Positions 47,985 through 56,089 of a stretch of 64,000 bases of DNA are shown piece by piece. This DNA comes from Bradyrhizobium sp. Its GTDB lineage: Bacteria; Pseudomonadota; Alphaproteobacteria; Rhizobiales; Xanthobacteraceae. The DNA is taken from NCBI GenBank assembly GCA_030681365.1, contig JAUXWH010000292.1, positions 8,959-72,958 of the forward strand. The letters are read 5' to 3'. Every line of letters begins with the position of its first letter. The first letter of the stretch is position 1. Below the pieces are notes generated by a model. It saw only the letters and a list, made by a program, of their open reading frames with translations. It did no database searches and had not been told where the DNA came from. A program made the position numbers and the translations under genes.

Positions 47985-48188
47985 TATCTCGATCTCACGC
48001 CGCTGACCCAGCCCATGGGGCTTTCGCACCCTTATGGGGGTGGGCGGGCCTGTGCCGGCGGCGGCGAGTGCATGGCGATCCGCTGGCCGGTCTGCCCGCA
48101 AGTCCTGGACGATCTGCGCCGTTACGCCAGGTCGACCGGCGGCTTGGGTGACGCCACGGCGCCCCACCAACGCCCCTACCGGCACTGA
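47985..48188 (+). pseudogene. C-terminal remnant of a second acyl-HSL synthase paralog
   Basis: YLDLTPLTQPMGLSHPYGGGRACAGGGECMAIRWPVCPQVLDD aligns with FVEMSPKTIPLGLSHPYGGGRGVAGGGECIAIRWPVGQHVIDD of the 49224 gene; no N-terminal part present. Confidence 0.8.
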
Positions 48189-48365
48189 AGCCTCTGGCCA
48201 GCCACAACTTTATCGTGAAAGAGCGCTCCGGGCCCGGCGCTGCCGGGGTGCGGTATCCGCCCGATTTTACCGAACACAAGCCACTGTTGCGAGTTGGAAC
48301 TGGACAAGACTCGATTGTGGTTCATAATTTCCGATTATTCGTCATTCCGGCCGTGGCTCGACCAG

Positions 48366-49109
48366 ATGAACACTGAGAAAGATGTCTACGGCAAGCGCAC
48401 GCTCGATTTTGTCGAGAGGCTGCAGAAGCTGACCAAATACGAAGAAATCTGCGTTGAAATTCAAAAGGAACTTGAATGGTTCGGGCTGAGCTGCGTTACC
48501 GCGTGGTCGATGCCGGGTCCCGGAAGGCCGCACGATGAAGGTATTTTGCTCAACACCCGGCCGCAGGACTACATCGACAATTATAAGGAAAAAAAATACC
48601 TCATCCACGATCGGCTGATCACGGAGATGCGACAGACGCTGCACCCCTATTCCTGGAAGGATGTGCAGGAGCGGCGCAAGCTGTCAAAGCTGGAACAGAA
48701 GATCATCGACGAAGGCCGCGATTTCGGCATGCACGACGGCCTGATCATCCCGATTGTCACCATGTCCGGCTCGGTGTCGGTCATCAGCCCCTGCGGCGAC
48801 GACCCCGATCTGTCGCAACGGGCCCGCTCGGCGCTGGAAATCATCGGTATCTACAGCCAGCAGGCGCTTAAACGCGCGCTGATCCGCGAGCAGCGCGACG
48901 ATGCCGCGCACACGCCATTAACGCCGCGCGAACGTGAAATCATGCAGTGGGTGGCGATCGGCAAATCCGACGACGAAATCGCCGAAATCCTCAATATCGG
49001 CGCCACCACGGTGACCTCGCACGTCGAGAACGCCAAGAAGAAGCTCGACGCGTTCCGCCGCACCTATGCCGTGGTGCAGGCGATCCGATTTGGCGAGATT
49101 TCCTTGTAG
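48366..49109 (+). CDS. LuxR-family autoinducer-binding regulator
   Basis: Autoinducer-binding domain + LTPRE.E..W.A.GK...EIA.IL.I...TV..H HTH. Confidence 0.92.
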   Translation: MNTEKDVYGKRTLDFVERLQKLTKYEEICVEIQKELEWFGLSCVTAWSMPGPGRPHDEGILLNTRPQDYIDNYKEKKYLIHDRLITEMRQTLHPYSWKDVQERRKLSKLEQKIIDEGRDFGMHDGLIIPIVTMSGSVSVISPCGDDPDLSQRARSALEIIGIYSQQALKRALIREQRDDAAHTPLTPREREIMQWVAIGKSDDEIAEILNIGATTVTSHVENAKKKLDAFRRTYAVVQAIRFGEISL

Positions 49110-49133
49110 AATCGGCGATTCCGCCACGCGGCC

Positions 49134-49153
49134 TCTCCCAAGTTCTTGGGATA
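49134..49153. promoter_or_regulatory. Candidate lux box upstream of luxI
   Basis: Palindrome TCCCAAG-TT-CTTGGGA about 80 bp before the ATG, with a CCTACAC -10-like element ~30 bp downstream. Confidence 0.6.
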
Positions 49154-49223
49154 TTCAATCACCACCTGAACGCCCTACACCAACAATTGTGTTGGTGACG
49201 GTGGCGTTGGTGGAGGTTGCGTT

Positions 49224-49895
49224 ATGATCATTATGTTGCGTGGAAGCGAGCGTGAGCAGAACAGCAAGTTTTTCGACCAGTTGTTCCGGTTGCGTCATGA
49301 AGTGTTTGTCGTCGGCCGGGGCTGGTCGCTGCCGACTGGAAACGGACGGGAAACCGACCAGTACGACGTCGATGAGGCCGTCTATTTTCTCGATATCAAT
49401 GAGGACGGCGTGATCGAAAGCAGCGTTCGGGCGACTCCGACGATGAACCATTCGCTGCTGGCCGACTATTTCCCCCATCTGATCGAAAACGGCATGCCGG
49501 CGCGCGCGCCCGATGTCTACGAGTGCACGCGCTACATCGTCATGCCATCGCGCAAGTCGCGCGACACCATTCGCGCCGCCAAGGCGCGACTGCTGATTGC
49601 GCTGTTCCAGTGGGCGATCAAGGAGAAGTTGAGTTACCTGCAGACCGTGATCGACGCGGGCACGCTCGGCAGCTTCGTCGAAATGTCGCCGAAGACCATC
49701 CCGCTCGGCCTGTCGCACCCTTATGGCGGGGGCCGCGGCGTTGCCGGTGGCGGCGAGTGCATCGCCATCCGCTGGCCGGTCGGTCAGCACGTGATCGACG
49801 ACGTACTCGAATATGTCGGCTGGCCGGAGTCGCCGGAAAGCGTCTACGACGCCGAGGTGATGCGGTCGTCCTCGCCTGCCCTCGAAGTGATCTGA
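49224..49895 (+). CDS. LuxI-family acyl-homoserine lactone synthase
   Basis: FRLRH.VF....W, E.DQYD, VR..PT, FP.L, E.TRY, PLG. Confidence 0.92.
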   Translation: MIIMLRGSEREQNSKFFDQLFRLRHEVFVVGRGWSLPTGNGRETDQYDVDEAVYFLDINEDGVIESSVRATPTMNHSLLADYFPHLIENGMPARAPDVYECTRYIVMPSRKSRDTIRAAKARLLIALFQWAIKEKLSYLQTVIDAGTLGSFVEMSPKTIPLGLSHPYGGGRGVAGGGECIAIRWPVGQHVIDDVLEYVGWPESPESVYDAEVMRSSSPALEVI

Positions 49896-49903
49896 GGCCG
49901 GCC

Positions 49904-50713
49904 ATGACAAAACTGGCACGGCAAATCACAAGGGACGAGGTTGCCGCTTACCGGCACGCGGGCGTCGTATTGTTACGCGGCGTTCTCGACCTTCAGGCGG
50001 TCAACACGTTGCGGCGCTCGATCGATCAGGCGCTGCTGTCGATGCAGGATGCCTCGCCCGAACAGGCATCATCCGCCGGCAAATCCACGGCCATGTTCGA
50101 CATCGGCCTGGCGGCGCGGCTGCGCGAGTTCCGCCGCTTCACCCTGAACGGTCCGGGACCCGAGATCGCCGCCGCTTTGCTGGGCGGCGACCAGATCAAC
50201 TTCTTCGGCGACCAGATCTTCGTCAAGGAACCCGGCACCCGCGTGCGCACCGCCTTTCACCAGGACGCGGGTTACTTCGAGATCGCCGGCGAGCAATGTT
50301 GCGTGCTGTGGATCCCGGTCGATCCCGTCACCATGGAAAACGGCTCGATGATGTACTGGCGCGGCTCGCACAAGAGCGGCGCCATCTACGAAAGCCAGGC
50401 GGGGCAAAGCGCGCCCCTGCCCGACATCGAAAGCAAACTGGACGGTTACGACATCGTCCATTTTGACATCGAACCGGGCGACCTGGTCGTCCATCACTAC
50501 CGCACGGTTCACGGCGCAACCGGCAATGCCAGCCGCTACCAGGTGCGCCGCGCGGCTTCGCTACGTTATTGCGGCGATGATGTCCGCTTCCAGACCAGAC
50601 CTGGAATGCCCGGCCAGCATCGCCGCATTACCACTCTCAAAGACGGTGACCCTCTGAGCGGCACGGATTTTCCGGTCGTCTGGCGTCGCCGTTTCGATCA
50701 ACAGGCCGCGTGA
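49904..50713 (+). CDS. PhyH-family Fe(II)/2-oxoglutarate dioxygenase
   Basis: K.P, HQD..Y, WIP.D...ENG....GSH, PGD...H....HG..GN....RRA; 8 bp after the luxI stop. Confidence 0.9.
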   Translation: MTKLARQITRDEVAAYRHAGVVLLRGVLDLQAVNTLRRSIDQALLSMQDASPEQASSAGKSTAMFDIGLAARLREFRRFTLNGPGPEIAAALLGGDQINFFGDQIFVKEPGTRVRTAFHQDAGYFEIAGEQCCVLWIPVDPVTMENGSMMYWRGSHKSGAIYESQAGQSAPLPDIESKLDGYDIVHFDIEPGDLVVHHYRTVHGATGNASRYQVRRAASLRYCGDDVRFQTRPGMPGQHRRITTLKDGDPLSGTDFPVVWRRRFDQQAA

Positions 50714-50750
50714 GAAACCCATGGATATTTTCGGATTGGAGCGATTTGCA

Positions 50751-50957
50751 ATGAAACACATGAAGGGGGATGCGTTGCAGACGGCCACCGTGAAACCGCA
50801 GGACGTTGCCGGTCTCACCGCCATGCTCGACTACGCCATCGTGGAAGGCGCGCAAATGCGCCTCCCACTCTTCGTCTGTCTGTTACGGCTGGCCAGAATG
50901 GCTCTGAAGGAGGAGACCGAAGAGTTGAACGAACACAAGCCAGAGGTTCATTCCTGA
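50751..50957 (+). CDS. Small hypothetical protein (start 50721, 50751 or 50760)
   Basis: GGAG before 50751; helical ML.YA..E.....LP.FV.LL..A..AL. Confidence 0.55.
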   Translation: MKHMKGDALQTATVKPQDVAGLTAMLDYAIVEGAQMRLPLFVCLLRLARMALKEETEELNEHKPEVHS

Positions 50958-50960
50958 ACG

Positions 50961-51155
50961 ATGCTTCGCACTTCCGACGCCGAGTACTTCATCCAGAAGG
51001 CCGAACAGTGTTTCAGCCTGGCGCGGCACGTGCGGGCCGATTACGCCAACAATGAGATCGCCGCCGAGCTCGACGCCATCGCCAACGAATTCCTGGCGCG
51101 GGCCGTCGAGCTCGACACCGAACGCGATCGGGCCGAAACGCGACAACGGCAATAG
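50961..51155 (+). CDS. Small hypothetical protein (64 aa)
   Basis: AEY...KAEQC..LA....EL..IA.EF..RA.EL pattern; 3 bp after the previous stop. Confidence 0.6.
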   Translation: MLRTSDAEYFIQKAEQCFSLARHVRADYANNEIAAELDAIANEFLARAVELDTERDRAETRQRQ

Positions 51156-51170
51156 AACGAGTCGGAGTGT

Positions 51171-51776
51171 TCAGGAGCCCGGCAGGAGAACCGCCGGCGG
51201 CGCGTCCGGGCGATACGTGCCCGGACGGTTGCGGCGGAAGAAGTTTCCGCTTTGCCAGAGAAACAGCGCCAGGAACCCGGCGACGATAATCGCGCCGCCC
51301 AGGACGCCGTCCAGCACCGCGCGCCCGAACATCAGCACCAGCGCCACACCGACGGCGGCGAACACCGCCACCCCCGGCCAATAGAGCAGCGGATTGCTGC
51401 CGCACTCGAATTTGATCGCGCCGCCGGCTCCCGCCAGACGCCGGTTAAGCTCTGTCACGAAAGCCGAGTAAGGCCGGTCGAAGCGCTCCTGCTCGACAAT
51501 GCTTTTCCACGAACTGGAGACGATCTCGAGCTTGGGCGCGCCTTCGGCCCACAGTTCGGTCAAATAGCGTTGCGACTGCATGCTGGCGGGCCGGTATGAC
51601 ATGCGGACCCGGCGGATGGTGTTGAACGGGATGCGGCCGGTCTTGCCGCCTGAGCTCCACTCGATTGCATCGGCGGTCAGCCTGAATTCCCGCGCCGCGC
51701 CGAGCAGCGAGGGGCGGAAACTGTAAGCGGCGGAACTTTCGCCGGCCGGGCTCCCGTTGCCGCTCACCACCGGCAC
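51171..51776 (-). CDS. Hypothetical membrane protein (two C-terminal TMs)
   Basis: ORF with soluble N-terminal domain, two TMs, RNRP..Y.PD.PP..LLP. Confidence 0.7.
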   Translation of the reverse strand: MPVVSGNGSPAGESSAAYSFRPSLLGAAREFRLTADAIEWSSGGKTGRIPFNTIRRVRMSYRPASMQSQRYLTELWAEGAPKLEIVSSSWKSIVEQERFDRPYSAFVTELNRRLAGAGGAIKFECGSNPLLYWPGVAVFAAVGVALVLMFGRAVLDGVLGGAIIVAGFLALFLWQSGNFFRRNRPGTYRPDAPPAVLLPGS

Positions 51777-51972
51777 CCGTCCGGCAAATTTGTCGCAAAG
51801 GCCGTTTGGTCCATGATTTCAGCCGTTAACCATGATGCAGGGCAAAGGCGCCGCGGGCGCCGTTCGATCGAAGCGTGTGTTCCAATCGTCAAAGGTATAT
51901 AATATCTTAACTGAGCATTCGTGCCATTCGTAAGCTGGTTTCGGTCGCGTATCGGGTTGGAGGCGTTCTGTC

Positions 51973-53475
51973 ATGGCGAAGTTGTCGGACCTGTTCGGCC
52001 GCAAGGGCGGCGACGCCTCCTTGGACAGCTACACCCCGCCCGCCAGGCAAGGCAATGGTAACGGCAATGGGAATGGCAACGGCGGCAGCAGCCATATCAA
52101 TGTCGAAAACTTTTCCGACGTCGGCTCGCGGATGGGCGAGGAAAACGAAGTCCTGCGCAATCTGCTGACCGACACCGGCCGCAAGATCGGTGAACTGGAC
52201 GAACTCAAGGAAGCCTTCGACAAGATCGTCGCGCCGTTCAACAGCACCCTGCGTGCGCTGGAGCAGGAAAAATCTCAGACCTTGAGCCTGACCGGCCGTC
52301 TGGACGAAGCCCGCGCCGCCTATGAGACGCTGCGCACCGAATTCTACCTGATCGAACGCAAGGCCACCGCGCTGGAAGCCGAATCCGAGAAGCTGCGCGA
52401 GGACCTAGAACTCGCGCGTGAATCCAACCGCGGGCTGGACAGCACGCGGATCGAGCTCTCCAACGATATCAACGCCCGCAACACCCAGATCATCGAGCTG
52501 GAGCGCCAGCTGGCCAACGAGACGGCGCAGCGGCGCGCACTCACCGAAGCCCGCCGCACGTTGCAGGACCAGTTCGACGACGGCGAGAAGCGCATCGGCG
52601 AACTCGAGGGCGAACTGGCCGCCGCGCGCGAGAAGCTGGCGCTGCTGGAAGACGAGAAGCAGTCGCTGCAACTGGCGATCGACCAGGCCGTCAACGAAAA
52701 CGGCCGTCTGACCCGCCGGTTGACCGAGAGCGAAAATACCTTGACCGCGACCCGCGCCCAGCTCGGCAAGGTCGAAGCCTCCTTCGCCGAAGCCTATGCC
52801 GAGCGCGGCCGGCTGGGCGCCGCCCTCGACGAGGCCAAGGAACAGCACCAGGCTGAGCGCAACAGCCTGAACATGCGGCTGGACGGCCTGCAGTCCCGCA
52901 CCGCGACGGCCGAACGCCTGCTGTCGGAGACCCGGCAGAACCTGATCGCCCGCACCGAGGAAGTGCGCGCCTTCGACCGCAAGTCGGTGGAAGCCACCAT
53001 CGCCCGCAACAATTCGGAAAAGCGGCTGGCCCAGATCGAGGCCGCGCACGAACAGCGCGAGCGCCAGATCCGCGACCTCGAGCAGGCCCGCACCGCGCTG
53101 AGCGAGCGCAACAACGCCATTACCAAGACCCTGAAGACGCGCGAGACCGCGCTGGCCCGCGCCGAGGAAAAGATCGCCGCCCTGACCGAGCGCAACGGCC
53201 ATCTCGAGGCGGACATCCAGGTCAGCCGCACCAACATCGAGAAGCGGGTCGAAGATCTCAGCTCCTCGCTGCAACGCGAGCGCATGGAACGTGCCGTGGT
53301 CGAAGGCGCGCTGGAAGCGGCGCGCAAGGACAATTCGCGTCTGCAAAGCGAAGTCGCCACCCTGCGCTCGGCGCTGCGCCGCGGCCTGCCGCTGGCCGAG
53401 CAGCCGATGGCGCCGGCGGAACCCGCCAACGACGAAGACGCCGCGCCGGCCGGCAAGACCGCCGCGCACGACTGA
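51973..53475 (+). CDS. Crescentin-like intermediate-filament coiled-coil protein 1
   Basis: GGAGG RBS; ~430 aa of coiled coil; C-terminal ALARAEE...EGALEAARKDNSRLQ resembles Caulobacter CreS ALKRAEE...EGALEAARRDRSRLQ (recalled). Confidence 0.75.
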   Translation: MAKLSDLFGRKGGDASLDSYTPPARQGNGNGNGNGNGGSSHINVENFSDVGSRMGEENEVLRNLLTDTGRKIGELDELKEAFDKIVAPFNSTLRALEQEKSQTLSLTGRLDEARAAYETLRTEFYLIERKATALEAESEKLREDLELARESNRGLDSTRIELSNDINARNTQIIELERQLANETAQRRALTEARRTLQDQFDDGEKRIGELEGELAAAREKLALLEDEKQSLQLAIDQAVNENGRLTRRLTESENTLTATRAQLGKVEASFAEAYAERGRLGAALDEAKEQHQAERNSLNMRLDGLQSRTATAERLLSETRQNLIARTEEVRAFDRKSVEATIARNNSEKRLAQIEAAHEQRERQIRDLEQARTALSERNNAITKTLKTRETALARAEEKIAALTERNGHLEADIQVSRTNIEKRVEDLSSSLQRERMERAVVEGALEAARKDNSRLQSEVATLRSALRRGLPLAEQPMAPAEPANDEDAAPAGKTAAHD

Positions 53476-53654
53476 CACGACACACGGTCACCGGCAGCGG
53501 CTGCCGACCGAAGGGTTCCAGGTTTTCGCAAAAGTTTCGCAAAAGTTTCTCGGTCGCTTGCGCGACATCGAGAAGTTCCGCGCGCGCCTGCTTTCACAGC
53601 GCGCGTTCGTTGCACGGGCGACACCGCGTCACACCTCTGATGATCGCCAAATTC

Positions 53655-53679
53655 GGAACGCACACGCCGGCGGCACGTT
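53655..53679 (+). promoter_or_regulatory. sigmaEcfG (general stress response) promoter
   Basis: GGAAC-N16-CGTT upstream of the PRC-barrel gene. Confidence 0.75.
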
Positions 53680-53761
53680 GGTTCACCAGTCGGTGCCGCG
53701 TTGGGAAAGCGCGCGCGCCGCTGAAGCACCGAATTTCCATTCATCTGAGGAGACCGACCCC

Positions 53762-54331
53762 ATGAAACTTACCTTGACCGCTGCCGCGCTTGCCACCGTT
53801 CTGGCCGCGCCCGCCTTCGCCCAGGCTCCCGCGACCGCTCCGAACGCCAATGCGCCGGCCGCCGCCACGGCTCCGGCCGCCAACATGCAGGCCATGCCGG
53901 CCGGACAGACCGCCGCTGGCGGCTTCCTGCAGGCGCAGACCGCCCAGGAATGGCGCGGGTCCAATTTGATCGGCGCCAGCGTGTACGGCCCCGATAACAA
54001 CTCGATCGGCAGCATCAACGACGTCATCGTCGGCAGCGACGGCAATGTTCGCGCCGCCGTGATCGGTGTCGGCGGCTTCCTCGGCATCGGCCAGAAGGAC
54101 GTGGCGGTGCCGTTCTCCGACCTGAACGTCACGCGCCGTGACAACTCGGATGCCATCGATCGCATCAACGTCTCCTACACCAAGGAGCAGTTGGAGCAGG
54201 CCCCGTCGTTCGCCTATTACGAAGGCTCGCGCGCGACGACCACCGGTTCGGGTGCGACCCCGGCTCCGGGTGCGGCCCCGGCCGGCACGGCGGCTCCGTC
54301 GGGTACCGCTCCGGCGACCCCGGCGCGCTAA
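53762..54331 (+). CDS. Secreted PRC-barrel protein
   Basis: Signal peptide; S.LIG.SVY.....IG.I.D, VIGVGGFLGIG.K.VAVPF. Confidence 0.9.
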   Translation: MKLTLTAAALATVLAAPAFAQAPATAPNANAPAAATAPAANMQAMPAGQTAAGGFLQAQTAQEWRGSNLIGASVYGPDNNSIGSINDVIVGSDGNVRAAVIGVGGFLGIGQKDVAVPFSDLNVTRRDNSDAIDRINVSYTKEQLEQAPSFAYYEGSRATTTGSGATPAPGAAPAGTAAPSGTAPATPAR

Positions 54332-54497
54332 ACTGACACGGCCGTCTCCGAACACAGAGGCGCAAATCGACATCACGCGGCGTCCGGCTCCACAGCCGGG
54401 CGCCGTTTCTTTTGCCAGAGTCCCCCGTCGCGGCACCCGGCCGAACGGTTTATGGTGCCGCCCAACGCCCCCTTCGCGGGCGACAAGGGGAAACCTC

Positions 54498-55253
54498 ATG
54501 AACAAGACACTGGTGCAAGAACAATTCGGCAAGACGGCCGCGACCTATCTGACGTCGAAGCCGCATGCGCTCGGCAAAAGCCTGGAGCGTCTGGTCACCC
54601 TCACCGCGCCGCAGAAAAACTGGCGTGTGCTGGACATCGCCACCGGCGGCGGCCATGTCGCCTACACCTTCGCACCGCATGTCGATCGCGTCTGGGCCAC
54701 AGACATCACCCAGGAAATGCTCGATATGGTCAAAGCCGAAGCGCACAAGCGCGGGCTGACCAATGTGCGCACGACATATGCCAAGGCCGAGGCGCTGCCG
54801 TTTGAGGATGACAGCTTCGATCTGGTCACCTGCCGCGTCGCGCCGCACCACTTCGACTCGATTCCGGAAGTCCTCGCCGAGGTTCGCCGCGTGCTGAAAC
54901 CGGGCGGCGTCTTCGCCGTGGTCGACAATGTGGTGCCGGACGGCAGCGTCGGCGACTACATCAATGCCTTCGAGCGCTTCCGCGACCCGAGCCATTTGCG
55001 CGCCTGGACCATGGCGGAATGGCGGACCGCGCTGACCGCAGCCGGCCTCGCCATCACCCATGAAGAAGAGATTGCCAAGACCATGGAGTTCAGGCCCTGG
55101 GCCAGCCGCCACGACGCCACCATGCAGGCGCTGCTGCTGTCGATGCTGACGCAGGTGACGCCGGACGTAAGAGCGGTGCTGGAGCCGAAGGTGTCAGGTA
55201 CCGACGCCACCTTCCGCCTGTGCGAGGGCCTGTTCATCGCGAAGCGGCAATAG
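54498..55253 (+). CDS. Class I SAM-dependent methyltransferase (YafE/UbiE-like)
   Basis: VLDIATGGGH, AE.LPF.D.SFD.V, RVLKPGG, RDPSH. Confidence 0.9.
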   Translation: MNKTLVQEQFGKTAATYLTSKPHALGKSLERLVTLTAPQKNWRVLDIATGGGHVAYTFAPHVDRVWATDITQEMLDMVKAEAHKRGLTNVRTTYAKAEALPFEDDSFDLVTCRVAPHHFDSIPEVLAEVRRVLKPGGVFAVVDNVVPDGSVGDYINAFERFRDPSHLRAWTMAEWRTALTAAGLAITHEEEIAKTMEFRPWASRHDATMQALLLSMLTQVTPDVRAVLEPKVSGTDATFRLCEGLFIAKRQ

Positions 55254-55265
55254 ATTCCGCAAACG

Positions 55266-55300
55266 AAAAAGCCGGCGCCGCAATAGCGGCACCGGCTTTT
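55266..55300. terminator. Bidirectional terminator
   Basis: AAAAAGCCGG.GCCGC-loop-GCGGC.CCGGCTTTT between convergent genes. Confidence 0.8.
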
Positions 55301-55324
55301 CAGCAAACGCGAGATACCGACGCC

Positions 55325-55768
55325 TTACTTCTTCTTCTTCTTGCCGCGCGGCCGCTTCGCAACCTTCACCGCCTTCGGCTTCGGCTCCCAGTGCGGATTG
55401 GCATCGTAGGCCGCATTCACCAGCAGGCCGCCGACGATCGGAATCACGCAGGATCCGACAAGCACGTGGGCTTCACGCATGGTCAGTTCACGGCCGACGA
55501 CAGCGGTCGCCACCATCGGCGACAGCGCTGCACAGCCGACCGCGGTCAGGCCATAGGCAACGCCGCTCGAGAACTGGTTGCCGGAGTCCCATTTCCAACG
55601 CCAGTCGTTCATGGAGAAGTAGGCGGCAGTCGCTGCGGCACCGACCACGACGCCGGTGGCGACGACGCGCTTGTCGACATGGTGGCGGCGCGAACCGGCG
55701 TCGGCCGACTGGGTGGTCAGGGCGAAAGCCGCGAGCACAGCGAAGGCTGCGGCCAGTTTGCGAAACAT
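55325..55768 (-). CDS. Hypothetical exported/membrane protein with Lys-rich tail
   Basis: GGAG RBS, signal peptide, hydrophobic segments with two Cys. Confidence 0.7.
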   Translation of the reverse strand: MFRKLAAAFAVLAAFALTTQSADAGSRRHHVDKRVVATGVVVGAAATAAYFSMNDWRWKWDSGNQFSSGVAYGLTAVGCAALSPMVATAVVGRELTMREAHVLVGSCVIPIVGGLLVNAAYDANPHWEPKPKAVKVAKRPRGKKKKK

Positions 55769-55984
55769 GCGAGAATCTCCCGGTCAAATCTGTTTGGAAT
55801 CGGACGCGGATTTGTGGGCCGCTTTAATTATCGAGTCGAGCGGCGGGAACTTGCCGGTACGGGGTTATTCACAGGACGAACGGACTGGCGGGCACTGGCG
55901 CTGCGCAGCCGGCTCCCCGCAAGCCCGCCGCAGTCTGCATAAATCACTGAGAATTCTTGGCAATTGCCTGCCGAACCGGCCGCG

Positions 55985-55999
55985 TTAACCTCTCATTTA
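55985..55999. promoter_or_regulatory. CtrA-like box upstream of crescentin-like gene 2
   Basis: TTAA-CCTCTCA-TTTA(C). Confidence 0.6.
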
Positions 56000-56089
56000 C
56001 CACGGTCATTCAGGGTCTGTTAGGACTGATGGCAAGTGATTCGGCGTCGCTACGGCCGGGCGGATCGGCGCACTACAGGGATCACATCC

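Noticed and set aside
49523-49903. N-terminal extension of the 396-aa PhyH ORF or a luxI-phyH frameshift fusion
   Set aside because: It overlaps luxI out of frame; GAGG + ATG 49904 gives a normal-length PhyH and no slippery site was seen
52050-52085. GGCAAT/GGTAAC-type repeat encoding GNGNGNGNG as a contingency locus
   Set aside because: Codons vary and the repeat is in frame; it is a low-complexity linker
54138-54497. Extended N-termini given by the ORF track (also 53291, 29370, 26560, 17925, 29485, 61511)
   Set aside because: Better downstream ATG/GTG starts with RBS and family-typical N-termini exist
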